The translations under genes were made by a program, and so were the position numbers. Of a DNA stretch of 64,000 nt, positions 53,634-63,092 are shown one piece after another. The notes under the pieces are model-generated. The model saw only the letters and a list, made by a program, of their open reading frames with translations. It made no database searches and was not told the origin of the DNA. Every line of letters begins with the position of its first letter. Position 1 is the first letter of the stretch. The stretch spans positions 62,001 through 126,000 of the IMG/VR virus record IMGVR_UViG_3300050821_009835. One strand, given 5' to 3'.

Positions 53634-55286
53634 ATGAAATGCGGAGGGAACGCTATTTTGAGCAAAAAAGGTACGTTATCCCCAGAAATTCTTCAACCCA
53701 TTCTTGACGCCTATAACGCAAACGGCGGGAACATATCAGCAACGGCCAGAATGTGTGGTGTCAGTCGTAAAAAAGTTTATACAGCCCTCCGTCAAACGGG
53801 TGGTATCAAACGAAGTGGGCATCGTCCGACATTAGCTGCAGGAACTGTCTCTGGCGTCACTCTCGTTGTTAATCCCCTCCCGTCCAAAGACCAGATTAAG
53901 CGATACATCCTTACATCAGCCCAGAATAACACTTATGTCCATGATGATGTTTGGAAAAATATCCTTGCACTTGCAGAATACTACAACGCCGAATTGTACG
54001 TAGGCAGTTTTTCCTACGACAAAAATGCATATGGGCCTCTGGCTGTAAAAGCAGATACCTACGATGCGGGCGATCAAAAAGAACTATGGTTTGATCCGAA
54101 AATCGAAAAGCATCGCAAGGATAAACGCATTGAACTAGGCAATGGATTATGGTGGTGCGGCGAGATGAATGTTCTTCCAACTGCTAATGACCCGCTGGAA
54201 GGCTTGGAAGTCTACTCCGGGCGCAAGTCAGCAATCTTCCCCCATGCTAAAATGGCGATGCGTTCCATTGCTACAATGAAGGGTGAAGGCACCAAATTCA
54301 ATTACACCACGGGAACCGTCACCAAGAAAAATTATATTCAGAAGAAAGCCGGGCTCAAAGCCGAATTCCACCATGTTTACGGCGCTTTACTAGTCGAGGT
54401 TAACAGCAACGGCAATTGGTGGGTGCGACAATTGGAGGCCGATGGGAACGCTCGCATCCAAGATTTAGCTGTACTCGCGAATAATGGCCAGGTCACCGAG
54501 GGACATCGTATTGAAGCAATAACTTGGGGGGATATCCATGCTACGATCATTGAACCTTCAGTGATGAAACAAAGCATGGATATGCTCCGCATTCTAAGAC
54601 CAAAATACCAGTTCCTTCATGACATCATGGAAGGTGCCTCAGTTAATCACCATAATGAGAAAGATCCCTTTGAACGGCACAAAGCATACATTCGTGGGTT
54701 GGATAACATAACAACTGAAGTAACACGCACTCGAGCAGTTCTTGAAGAGTATGTTAAGAACGGCGGCCCCGATATTCAGACTCTCGTCGTCGATTCTAAT
54801 CACGATAATTGGTTCTATCGCTGGTTAAAGTCCAATGATCCCCGTAAGGGAAATCCCTGTAATGCTATCCTTTACCACGCAGGCAGTTTAGCTGCGCTGT
54901 ATGCCATTGAAAAAGAAGATAAAAAATTCAACATGACAGAATGGCTGTTTCGACGTTTCGGCGTGCCAAAACAAATCCGCTTTCTTGCTACAGATGAATC
55001 CTTCACTATCTGCAACAAGAAGATTGAGTGTGGTATGCACGGGCACCTTGGGCCTAATGGCGCAAGAGGAACTCCTCAAAATCTGTCTAAAGTGGGTCGG
55101 AAATCTATAACTGCACACACCCACAGTGCAGGTATATACGATGGAAATTATGTAGCCGGAACTAGCACTCAACTCGACATGGGCTATAATCATGGCCCTT
55201 CTAACTGGTCACACTCAGACGTACTGACTTACCCATCTGGCAAACGCTGCATTGTTACGAAATACGCTGGTAATTGGAGAGCGTAA
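53634..55286 (+). CDS. HTH + calcineurin-like metallophosphoesterase, T5 A1-like nuclease candidate
   Basis: HTH GGNISATARMCGVSRKKVY; ILTSAQNN; WGDIH, HD, SNHD, MHGH, AHTHS. The A1 likeness is from recollection. Confidence 0.65.
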   Translation: MKCGGNAILSKKGTLSPEILQPILDAYNANGGNISATARMCGVSRKKVYTALRQTGGIKRSGHRPTLAAGTVSGVTLVVNPLPSKDQIKRYILTSAQNNTYVHDDVWKNILALAEYYNAELYVGSFSYDKNAYGPLAVKADTYDAGDQKELWFDPKIEKHRKDKRIELGNGLWWCGEMNVLPTANDPLEGLEVYSGRKSAIFPHAKMAMRSIATMKGEGTKFNYTTGTVTKKNYIQKKAGLKAEFHHVYGALLVEVNSNGNWWVRQLEADGNARIQDLAVLANNGQVTEGHRIEAITWGDIHATIIEPSVMKQSMDMLRILRPKYQFLHDIMEGASVNHHNEKDPFERHKAYIRGLDNITTEVTRTRAVLEEYVKNGGPDIQTLVVDSNHDNWFYRWLKSNDPRKGNPCNAILYHAGSLAALYAIEKEDKKFNMTEWLFRRFGVPKQIRFLATDESFTICNKKIECGMHGHLGPNGARGTPQNLSKVGRKSITAHTHSAGIYDGNYVAGTSTQLDMGYNHGPSNWSHSDVLTYPSGKRCIVTKYAGNWRA

Positions 55287-55298
55287 GTATTACTAGGC

Positions 55299-56018
55299 AT
55301 GAGCACTTTTCAGATTATTAGATACGGTGCTGATCCCAGCGAAAACCCCACACCTAGTGAAAATCCCAGCCTAGACATTCCCAGCCTAGATTTAAACCAT
55401 TGGCTCCGACGCTATGAAACTGATAGCGTAGAGGGTAAACGTTCTGTACAAGAATGGGCGGCGGAATACAAGAAGTTTCCAGCGGATCGTAAAGACTCAA
55501 TAAACAAGGAAGTTCTTAAACAATGGGGGACTCTACCATTCTATGGCGATCACTGTTTTGGTCTCATCGTAGATGGCGAAACCGTTAGTTATTTTACTGC
55601 TCGATTCAGTTCAAAGAAATCCAAAAACGCTTGGGGGCGGTATATCGTTTGGCATTTCGCGTACACTCCTGAGGTATATCGTCGTCGAGGATATGCTTCG
55701 CAATTAGGGATAAATATCCAAAATCTAGCTCACGCCTGGGGATACAAACGGGTTAAATCGATTTGCCAAACTTACCTTGGGTTCCGTTTGCATTTGTCGT
55801 TGGGCCAGGATTTCTGGGGGATGGATAAAAAGAATGGAACTTTAGTTGTAGATGCAGCTTTGAGTCCAAAAGACGAATTCCCAGACGGCATCCCTATAGA
55901 AGCCCGTGCAGCAATAGGAGCACACAAACTTAACAATCAAGAGTTAACCAATATCCTGCTTGCGCACCCCTATTCAATATCGCCTCAAGAACTGGCAACT
56001 GTTCCTTGGCAAACTTAA
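55299..56018 (+). CDS. GNAT-like acetyltransferase
   Basis: FAYTPEVYRRRGYASQL acetyl-CoA loop. Confidence 0.65.
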   Translation: MSTFQIIRYGADPSENPTPSENPSLDIPSLDLNHWLRRYETDSVEGKRSVQEWAAEYKKFPADRKDSINKEVLKQWGTLPFYGDHCFGLIVDGETVSYFTARFSSKKSKNAWGRYIVWHFAYTPEVYRRRGYASQLGINIQNLAHAWGYKRVKSICQTYLGFRLHLSLGQDFWGMDKKNGTLVVDAALSPKDEFPDGIPIEARAAIGAHKLNNQELTNILLAHPYSISPQELATVPWQT

Positions 56019-56031
56019 TTAGAAAATCATC

Positions 56032-56256
56032 ATGGAATTAGAAATTCTACATCCAGATCTTCGGAAGATTAATTTCGGAATCTATGAATTATGTCAGGAC
56101 ATGCGCATTCTTGGGAGGCACGTCGTGCGCCCCGTCATCATCCAAAAAGATGGAATAATCTCATACCCGGAAGACTGGAAAGACTACCCACTCGGGGGTC
56201 AATGCCCCGGTTGGAGATGTCAAGCAAGCGAATCTCTTATCTGTTACAAATTATAG
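56032..56256 (+). CDS. Hypothetical protein
   Basis: ORF track; converges on 56244..56960. Confidence 0.5.
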   Translation: MELEILHPDLRKINFGIYELCQDMRILGRHVVRPVIIQKDGIISYPEDWKDYPLGGQCPGWRCQASESLICYKL

Positions 56257-56960
56257 AACCCAAGTTTTCTAACTTCTGCCTCTGCTCTAATGGCGTGAAC
56301 GCACTTCCCGTCAAACCCACAGACCACGCAACGTTTTCCGAAAGGGATGTCATTAGCATTCGCCAGCCCGTTATTGCGAAGTTCCTTTTTGGAAAGCTGA
56401 CGCTTGGTGCTGATGTTCTCAGTCCATCTCACTTTGATGAACTCTACCCCGTTGATTTCCATGCGATCCAAAGATCGTTCGACAAGCCAAGGGTCGGCTT
56501 TTCCAACCTCCGACCAACCCTCGTGTTTAATGCTGTAATTCTCTTGGAAATACCAGATACCATCAATCTTGTCGAAAGATCTGCCATCCTTGAGATCATA
56601 GTGCGTTACGGGTTTCTCAGACTTATCGCGAGGAACGGGATAGGCGTAACAAAGTATTCCGGTCCAAGGATGAACATAGTGCTCATCGGACAGTGCAGTC
56701 ACACAGCCACGATGATCGGAATAGACAGTTCCTGTTTCAGCCCCAATCCAACAATGCTGATAGACGTGCCAGTCAAGATTATCACGGAATCTATAGCCAG
56801 CAAATGAACGGGAATCGAACTCAGAACAGAGTTCGGAATAGACATCGTCCCAGAGTCGCCCCAAGCGGGACGTTAAAAGACGATCGAACGGATAGGGGGA
56901 ATGTCCACGCCCGTGACGGCGAGACCCCTTAAGATAGTCCTTACGGACACCATTACGCAT
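56244..56960 (-). CDS. Conserved phage hypothetical protein
   Basis: SD GAGGAGG; LLTSRLGRLWDDVYSEL segment resembles a recalled uncharacterised family. Confidence 0.7.
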   Translation of the reverse strand: MRNGVRKDYLKGSRRHGRGHSPYPFDRLLTSRLGRLWDDVYSELCSEFDSRSFAGYRFRDNLDWHVYQHCWIGAETGTVYSDHRGCVTALSDEHYVHPWTGILCYAYPVPRDKSEKPVTHYDLKDGRSFDKIDGIWYFQENYSIKHEGWSEVGKADPWLVERSLDRMEINGVEFIKVRWTENISTKRQLSKKELRNNGLANANDIPFGKRCVVCGFDGKCVHAIRAEAEVRKLGFYNL

Positions 56961-56980
56961 AGATTTGTGCCTCCTCGCAC

Positions 56981-57004
56981 TTAGTGCTTATCTATAAACG
57001 TCAT
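56981..57004 (-). promoter_or_regulatory. 7-codon upstream ORF (MTFIDKH) with strong SD
   Basis: AAGGAGG-ACATC-ATG...TAA; the stop lies in hairpin GCAC-TAA-GTGC, whose arm alternatively pairs around the downstream SD. Confidence 0.45.
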
Positions 57005-57293
57005 GATGTCCTCCTTGTTAAAGAAATTGGGGGAGTTACCGCCCTTTGTCACTGAATCCCACTCGACTAGAGCGGTAGTTGCTCCCATGGTAATTATACT
57101 GACAGCTACAATATTTCGGCTAATTTCTCACCTTCAAAATTATTTTCAACACCTTGCCTCTAAACCATCCAAGGCAGCTATGAATTACGAGCAGTAGTCT
57201 CAACAACAACTCCCGTGTGCGTCCCATCTCATGCAGTCTCCTTGGGGGGCATAATTTCTTCCCTCACTAATAGGACGTGAGCTAAAGAACACT

Positions 57294-57794
57294 TTAAAGA
57301 GTTTTTGTCATGATCACAGCAGACTTGCCTTTATCGTACCAGTCTTTTTCAAAACCAGTGATACGATAGCCTAGTTTGAAATACATCAACTGCGCAGGAT
57401 TTTCTGTGTAGACTTCGAGTCGAAGCGTTTTAATCCCGCGCATTTCATAATATTGCTCACAAGCAGTGATTAAACGGGTTGCATATCCTCGACCCCGGTA
57501 ATTTTCTGGGACTTCAACAGTGAGGATACAAGCTTTACCACGAAAAACCTTGGCAATAAGGAAACCCACGATGCGGTTTAAACGCTGGGTAGTTTGGATA
57601 GAACCAAAACTACGAGGCGTGATTATATTTTCAACAAACTCATCTTCTATAATCCAAACGTTGTTTCTGTTTAATTGTGAAGTGAATTCAGTTTTGCTCC
57701 AACGAAACGGCGGCTTGAAACATTCTTTCTCCATTTCATAGAGAAGAGGAATTTCCTGTTGACAAAATTCGTTTTTAATGCGAGGATTGTCCAT
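57294..57794 (-). CDS. RimI-like GNAT acetyltransferase
   Basis: ILTVEVPENYRGRGYATRL; N.AQLMYFKLGY. Confidence 0.88.
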   Translation of the reverse strand: MDNPRIKNEFCQQEIPLLYEMEKECFKPPFRWSKTEFTSQLNRNNVWIIEDEFVENIITPRSFGSIQTTQRLNRIVGFLIAKVFRGKACILTVEVPENYRGRGYATRLITACEQYYEMRGIKTLRLEVYTENPAQLMYFKLGYRITGFEKDWYDKGKSAVIMTKTL

Positions 57795-57798
57795 AATC

Positions 57799-58254
57799 TT
57801 ACTTGAGTTCTGCGTGAGTGTGTTTCAAATCCTTAGGCAACGTACAATTAGAGTCAGCGCATTCTGGCGCAACAGCAGGAACCGGGAGAACGGTGTCAGA
57901 ATCAGCCTCTTTTAGTTCATAGCTAAAGACGTAGCGATCAGCTTCTTCGAATTTAGTGGTACCGTCTGGCGTTTCGATCTTAATAAGAAGTTTTTTGTTT
58001 TTAAAAGATTCGATCTTTTCTTTAGTGACTTCGGGCTTTCCACCCAATTGATCGATCAACCCGGCGCAAAGTGCAGACAAACGATTGTTTTGAAGCACTA
58101 CAGCATTATAGCGATTGAGGAACGGCGCGATGACACCGTTGGGATCTTCCTTCATCTGCCTGTTCTCTTCTACAAGACGAAGGTAGTCGGTGTAAAGAGC
58201 TTTGTTGTACTGGTGTTTGAGTAACTTCTTTTGTTTTAGAATTCCTCTTCCCAT
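57799..58254 (-). CDS. Hypothetical protein
   Basis: ORF track; tight operon packing. Confidence 0.7.
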   Translation of the reverse strand: MGRGILKQKKLLKHQYNKALYTDYLRLVEENRQMKEDPNGVIAPFLNRYNAVVLQNNRLSALCAGLIDQLGGKPEVTKEKIESFKNKKLLIKIETPDGTTKFEEADRYVFSYELKEADSDTVLPVPAVAPECADSNCTLPKDLKHTHAELK

Positions 58255-58595
58255 TATTTCACCCTACCGCGTATTTGACCGGGTCGGAGAGCTGACCCTG
58301 TCTCTTTAGGCGTAACCTGCCCAACGCGCACTGGCGATCCTTTGAGTGGTGGAAGTCCTGCTTGAACAGCAGCATCGGTGGATTCCAATTCAGGATCCTT
58401 AGTTACTTTTACAGCGTTGTTAACCGCACCCTTTGGTTGAACACCAATTTGACGATCTAAAATTGGGCCAGCGTTGTACTCACCCATGGTTGGATTGTCA
58501 AGGCTACGGTAAGTCAATTCACCGGACTTAACATACCGTTCTCCCAGTGCTTCAAACTGTTCTCCGACTTTCATATCTGCGAATTTCTTTGCCAT
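58254..58595 (-). CDS. Hypothetical protein
   Basis: TAATG overlap with the downstream gene. Confidence 0.7.
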   Translation of the reverse strand: MAKKFADMKVGEQFEALGERYVKSGELTYRSLDNPTMGEYNAGPILDRQIGVQPKGAVNNAVKVTKDPELESTDAAVQAGLPPLKGSPVRVGQVTPKETGSALRPGQIRGRVK

Positions 58596-58607
58596 GATTA
58601 ACCCTCT

Positions 58608-58898
58608 TCAAACGATACTGTTTCTCTCACGAAAGATGGGAATATCAGCCATCATCTTTAACACCATTTCGCGGACATTGATCGGGAAATCTTCATCATC
58701 CATAAACAGGACTGCAATCTCTAACCCGCAATCAACAAGATCGATGCCCACCTTCCGTAGTAAACGCAATTCCTCCTCTGTTGTGTTGGTATCTTTAACG
58801 GCTGCGTCGTATCTATCCGACCACTCCCGTGTTAGCTGTTGAAGCTGAAGCGCCTTCTTCATCTGCTCCCGAACTTCCGGGTTGTCCTCGTCGATCAT
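58608..58898 (-). CDS. Hypothetical protein
   Basis: GGAGG upstream; ORF track. Confidence 0.7.
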   Translation of the reverse strand: MIDEDNPEVREQMKKALQLQQLTREWSDRYDAAVKDTNTTEEELRLLRKVGIDLVDCGLEIAVLFMDDEDFPINVREMVLKMMADIPIFRERNSIV

Positions 58899-58902
58899 TA
58901 GC

Positions 58903-60645
58903 TTAGCCTCCCACCGATGCTGCTGGCGTCATTCCACGATCCGCTAAGAACTTTGCAGCTAACTTTTTGATAAAACCAGATTCCACTGAAAGTTTTGTCA
59001 CGAGATCCTGATTTGGATCCCGAATACCTTCCGCTTGTTGCTTTTTAACACCTAAGATGTCGCTCATAAACGGGTCAGATCCTAATGTAGAAATCAGATA
59101 GTAAGCAGTCATCGGATCTAGTTGCCCATCCCGAGCAAACCTACCAATATTCTGCTCGTGTACCCCAGGTGACCAATCCAATTCGCCGAAGACACCTATA
59201 TGACTGACCGCTTGAAGACCGTCCAACCCAGCCCCGGCGCGGAGGGAAATGACGAAAACTTTTGATTCGCCCCGTAGGAATTTTTGTTTGCTGATTTCTT
59301 TTTCTTTCGCGTCCTCTGAACCTGTAAACAACACAGGATTGAGATTGCGGATATTCCGACTCTTGTCTCCTTTGAGCTTCTCCATCCAGATGTCATAAAC
59401 AGCTCGATGCCATCCGAAAAGAATTACAGGCTCATCATCTTGTTCTACGAGGAAACGAACAAATTCAGCTACGAAGGGAGCTTTGGCAATTCCTGTAGCT
59501 TGTCGCATCCTCATATCAAACTCACCAGATGCTTGCATGCGTTGGCCCTTGTATGCATCATGCTGTTGAAGAATGATTTTCGCCAGATTGATGGCATCGC
59601 TTTCCATCTTCATAATAACTTCTGGTGCAGCGTCAATGTAATGGGGTACAACGGTTACAGGGGGCAATTCACGACCAACTTCTTTACGAGTGCGGCGGAG
59701 CATAAGACCAGCATCGCGGGCATAAATGCCAAACGCTTTAGTATCCTTGATCTTGGGCTTCTGATCATCATATTCGCACCACTCACGTTGAAATTCAGCC
59801 CAATCTCCTAGGGAGTCGGGCAGCAATGCGTCAATAACAGAGAAGATCTCGCCCCCGTAATTGTAGATTGGCGTTGCACTGAGGCCCAGGCGAAAATTCA
59901 TCTTATTGGCTATATAAGATGCGGCGATGTATTTCTTGGTGCCGCGATGCCTCAATTCTTGACATTCATCGAAAATGACGGACTTGCAGATAGCCCCCAA
60001 TGTCTCCTGCCAGCCGTTCAATTTGTGATAATTTGTAATAACGACGTCTGGCATACGTCCGGTTATCTTGTTACATAGATCATAGGGAGTGGATTTCTTC
60101 AAAATGTGACATTCAAGATCTGTGAATTTGGCAACCTCGTCCCGCCATTGAAATGGCAGGTGGGTCAGCGTCACAACCAACGCAGGACGTGTTCGAGGGT
60201 CCGTCATACCCGCGACCCCAACAGCCGATTTTCCAAGGCCAACGTCGTCTGCGAGGAGGAGCCCCCCAGCAGCCAGCCACATTGCCGTGGCTTGCGCCTG
60301 ATATTCACGCGGCGGGAGCTTCATAGGGAACTCCTGCTCCACGCACCCCATATGGAGTATCTTTTCAACTAGCGATTCGCGCTCTGACCATTTAATCGCA
60401 CGACCGAGGAGTTCGGTCTCCGTTGTAGTATTTTCAAACTCCAAAGGATATCGTTGAATAAACCATTTCAAATCAAAAGCATTCTCAGGAGTTGCGGACA
60501 AAGTCAGGGTACTATTGCCACGAAGACCGCTGTGAGTGTGAATTTTGGCAAAGACCCGCTTTAAACGGATTGCGACATGTGGCTGGCAATCGATCTCGAA
60601 GTGTTTCTTCTTGGGATGAAAATGTATGGAGCCATAAGTCTTCAT
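58903..60645 (-). CDS. SNF2-family (SF2) helicase/ATPase
   Basis: LADDVGLGKS, DECQ, LSATP, MLRR, SLRAGAGLDGLQ, QNIGRFARDGQ; ATGA overlap at 60645. Confidence 0.92.
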   Translation of the reverse strand: MKTYGSIHFHPKKKHFEIDCQPHVAIRLKRVFAKIHTHSGLRGNSTLTLSATPENAFDLKWFIQRYPLEFENTTTETELLGRAIKWSERESLVEKILHMGCVEQEFPMKLPPREYQAQATAMWLAAGGLLLADDVGLGKSAVGVAGMTDPRTRPALVVTLTHLPFQWRDEVAKFTDLECHILKKSTPYDLCNKITGRMPDVVITNYHKLNGWQETLGAICKSVIFDECQELRHRGTKKYIAASYIANKMNFRLGLSATPIYNYGGEIFSVIDALLPDSLGDWAEFQREWCEYDDQKPKIKDTKAFGIYARDAGLMLRRTRKEVGRELPPVTVVPHYIDAAPEVIMKMESDAINLAKIILQQHDAYKGQRMQASGEFDMRMRQATGIAKAPFVAEFVRFLVEQDDEPVILFGWHRAVYDIWMEKLKGDKSRNIRNLNPVLFTGSEDAKEKEISKQKFLRGESKVFVISLRAGAGLDGLQAVSHIGVFGELDWSPGVHEQNIGRFARDGQLDPMTAYYLISTLGSDPFMSDILGVKKQQAEGIRDPNQDLVTKLSVESGFIKKLAAKFLADRGMTPAASVGG

Positions 60646-61049
60646 GGACGTCGGTAGAATCCCCATTTAGCGGCTAAATCGTTAGCTGCTTTTTCTTGTG
60701 GACGATCTTCCCAGGGTATATCTGTATCGTACTCTTTATCCTGTTTCCTAGTATGATGACCCAAGTACCCATGAGCAAATTCATGAGCAATAGTAAATTC
60801 GATTTCTTCCTGAGTTTCTAACTCTAAATCTTTAAGATTTAAGAGAATGATATCCTTATAACCACGACACGCAAAAGAAACACCATAGCAATCCGTCGCC
60901 ACCACAAGAACATTGCCATGCTTGTAACAAACCTTTCGAGGAATGCGTTTAATCACATTGACTAAGCCCTTTAAAACTTTAGGGTAGCGATCTCTATCAA
61001 AATCAGCAAGATGGTGACATTCAAACTCTTTCCAACTCATGACCTTCAT
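60642..61049 (-). CDS. HExxH metallopeptidase (IrrE/ImmA-like)
   Basis: TIAHEFAHGYLGH...EKAANDLA. Confidence 0.75.
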   Translation of the reverse strand: MKVMSWKEFECHHLADFDRDRYPKVLKGLVNVIKRIPRKVCYKHGNVLVVATDCYGVSFACRGYKDIILLNLKDLELETQEEIEFTIAHEFAHGYLGHHTRKQDKEYDTDIPWEDRPQEKAANDLAAKWGFYRRP

Positions 61050-61079
61050 ATCAGATGGAATACTCCTCAGTCTGGGGAA

Positions 61080-61265
61080 TTAAATGAATGATTTCCATTC
61101 TGCATTCTTCGCAAACGAATGCAACTGCGGCCCACTGCCCATTCCTGGGGATTCATAGAGCCACTTAGCAGGCATACTGTGCGCTGGTTCATCGGTGCGG
61201 TAAGAGCAGGACGGACGCATAGAAGAACTAATGGAAATCTTTTCAGGGATAAAGTCTTCAGTCAT
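61080..61265 (-). CDS. Hypothetical protein (doubtful)
   Basis: ATGA-type overlap with the upstream nuclease stop; no motif. Confidence 0.35.
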   Translation of the reverse strand: MTEDFIPEKISISSSMRPSCSYRTDEPAHSMPAKWLYESPGMGSGPQLHSFAKNAEWKSFI

Positions 61266-61621
61266 AAATTCAGAAGATAGACTACACGCAAAAGTTTACC
61301 CTTCATCCCTAAGGGCAAGTTTTGGTGAACGTGTCTGGTTGTTACCAGGATAACCGCTTCAATCTGATCCGAGTCCATGTAATGCCAAAGCTGCCGCGTT
61401 ACCGTCCCGAGCGCACCATCTATCTTAACTTCAATACCGATTTTCTCTTCGGGAAGGAGGAAATCAATGCGCTGTTTCGGGCCGAGTTTGACTTCTTTCT
61501 TGAACTCCAAACCCGTTTCGGTCAGCACCTTAGCAATTCCGGCCTGAAGCTCCCATTCGTTGTTGTAGGAGAATTGGTGCTGTTCTAGAGCTTCAACAAT
61601 GAGCTTAACAGTAGATTCCAT
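61262..61621 (-). CDS. PD-(D/E)xK nuclease
   Basis: NEWELQ...EV...RIDFLL...IGIEVK. Confidence 0.8.
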   Translation of the reverse strand: MESTVKLIVEALEQHQFSYNNEWELQAGIAKVLTETGLEFKKEVKLGPKQRIDFLLPEEKIGIEVKIDGALGTVTRQLWHYMDSDQIEAVILVTTRHVHQNLPLGMKGKLLRVVYLLNL

Positions 61622-61678
61622 ATTATCCCATACCTAATTCATTGAACAACGCCGTAGAATATAAATGGAGGGAACAAC

Positions 61679-61945
61679 ATGGAACTCGAAAGTCTATACA
61701 ACGCAGTTCGAAGCAACAAATACGAGACCAAGCTGTCCTATAAGACTGATCGTGCAGCAGCTCGAGTTGATCAAGACCTTCTGCTTTTGAAATTCATGAA
61801 TGATTTACGAGTAGCTTTGAGGGGTGAGGGCGTGCCCGATCAATATATTGCCAAGGTCGCTTCACTTGCTTGGCAAGAAGGGCATTCGTTTGGTTTTTCT
61901 GAAGTCCTTAATCATGCAAGCAATTTAACCGAAATTTTCCAGTAG
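61679..61945 (+). CDS. Hypothetical protein
   Basis: TAGAAT box and GGAGG SD upstream. Confidence 0.7.
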   Translation: MELESLYNAVRSNKYETKLSYKTDRAAARVDQDLLLLKFMNDLRVALRGEGVPDQYIAKVASLAWQEGHSFGFSEVLNHASNLTEIFQ

Positions 61946-62038
61946 CGGGTTCAATCCCCGACGCCTCGAGCCGACCAGCTTAAACTGGTCTCTCATCATA
62001 GGCAGTGGGCCGCAGTTGGGCGGTGCTCTGGAAGTAAG

Positions 62039-62067
62039 TGAGGGATAGGCTAATAACCTATCCCTCA
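62039..62067. terminator. Intrinsic terminator-like hairpin between convergent genes
   Basis: TGAGGGATAGG-CTAATAA-CCTATCCCTCA, 11-bp perfect stem, followed by T-rich bases on +. Confidence 0.7.
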
Positions 62068-62076
62068 ATTTGTTGA

Positions 62077-62961
62077 TTAAATGAGCGATAGAGCCGTTCC
62101 GCATTGAGCGCAGAACTTCTTATCGCCCTTAGATTTCTTACCACAGGTTTGACAAGTTGACCTAGTTTTGACAGTGACAGCTTTCGCTACAGGTTCTCCA
62201 CCTACCGCACCCCGCAGTTTAATCACGATGACTTCAGTTTGTTCGTGGCATGCGAAATCAGACGCATGGCAGAATTGCTGATTACTTTCGCTTCCCGGCA
62301 CCGTAATACCGCTGTCATCAACGTTATCACCCCCAGACTGAGAGGAAGCATCTGCGGAATTGAACGCCATCATGTTGGTATTGCCATTTTGCATGGCACC
62401 GATATTTCCAGAAGTCGCTGAGTAAGAAACGTTATCCGAAGATCCTACAAAGCCAGAAGTAGACTGCCCAAAGCCAAAAGACCCGCACCAGATTGGATCC
62501 CATGGATAACCCCAAGGACGCGGATAATAAGGCCTGTTCCAAGGCCAATAATAATCATAGTAATCGTGATAGTGAGTCCGTGTAATATGAACATCCTGAG
62601 TCGTAGCGACCTTTTCTGTCCTGTATTCAATACGAACCAGCCCATCGTCGGCCTTTAGCCCACGATGCTTTTCGATCTGCTTGGTACGAGGGATGAATTT
62701 GAAGCGGTTACCCGATTGCAGATTTCCGTTGCGGATGTAACGTTCCAATTCAAGAGACTGATTCGGTCCGATGATAAGCCAAGTACCTTCGGTAGCATCT
62801 TGTCCATCTACGAGAATTTTTACTTGAATGCGTTTAGAGTTGAGGTTCTTGAGTAGAATAGAATATTCTGAACCGAAGGGAATACTAACAGTGTTGTCGG
62901 TGTCACGTAAGACTTGACCGCCAACTTTAATGCATGCAACTAACTTCTGAAAATACACCAT
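62077..62961 (-). CDS. Hypothetical protein with C-terminal zinc ribbon
   Basis: SD AAGGAG; Y/W/P-rich linker; CQTCG...CAQCG. Confidence 0.75.
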   Translation of the reverse strand: MVYFQKLVACIKVGGQVLRDTDNTVSIPFGSEYSILLKNLNSKRIQVKILVDGQDATEGTWLIIGPNQSLELERYIRNGNLQSGNRFKFIPRTKQIEKHRGLKADDGLVRIEYRTEKVATTQDVHITRTHYHDYYDYYWPWNRPYYPRPWGYPWDPIWCGSFGFGQSTSGFVGSSDNVSYSATSGNIGAMQNGNTNMMAFNSADASSQSGGDNVDDSGITVPGSESNQQFCHASDFACHEQTEVIVIKLRGAVGGEPVAKAVTVKTRSTCQTCGKKSKGDKKFCAQCGTALSLI

Positions 62962-63092
62962 GGTGTTCTCCTTGTACAGGACGCACCCACTAGGACGTCC
63001 AGATTGAAAGTGGGTTGGATTTAACAGCTTGGCGGTTTTCTCTCCGCCATTAACTAAATACTAGAAGTTGTAGATTCGGGATAAATTAGCGA

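Noticed and set aside
55335-55392. Short tandem repeats encoding PSENPTPSENPSLDIPSLD
   Set aside because: Two imperfect duplications in a flexible N-terminus; likely slippage.
61944-61977. tRNA-like T-arm (GCGGG-TTCAATC-CCCG) followed by ...ACCA
   Set aside because: No acceptor stem, D-arm or anticodon arm can be built; the 5' side is coding sequence.
63030-63049. Hairpin TGGCGG/CCGCCA as terminator
   Set aside because: Six-bp stem without a U-tract in the transcribed direction; role unclear.
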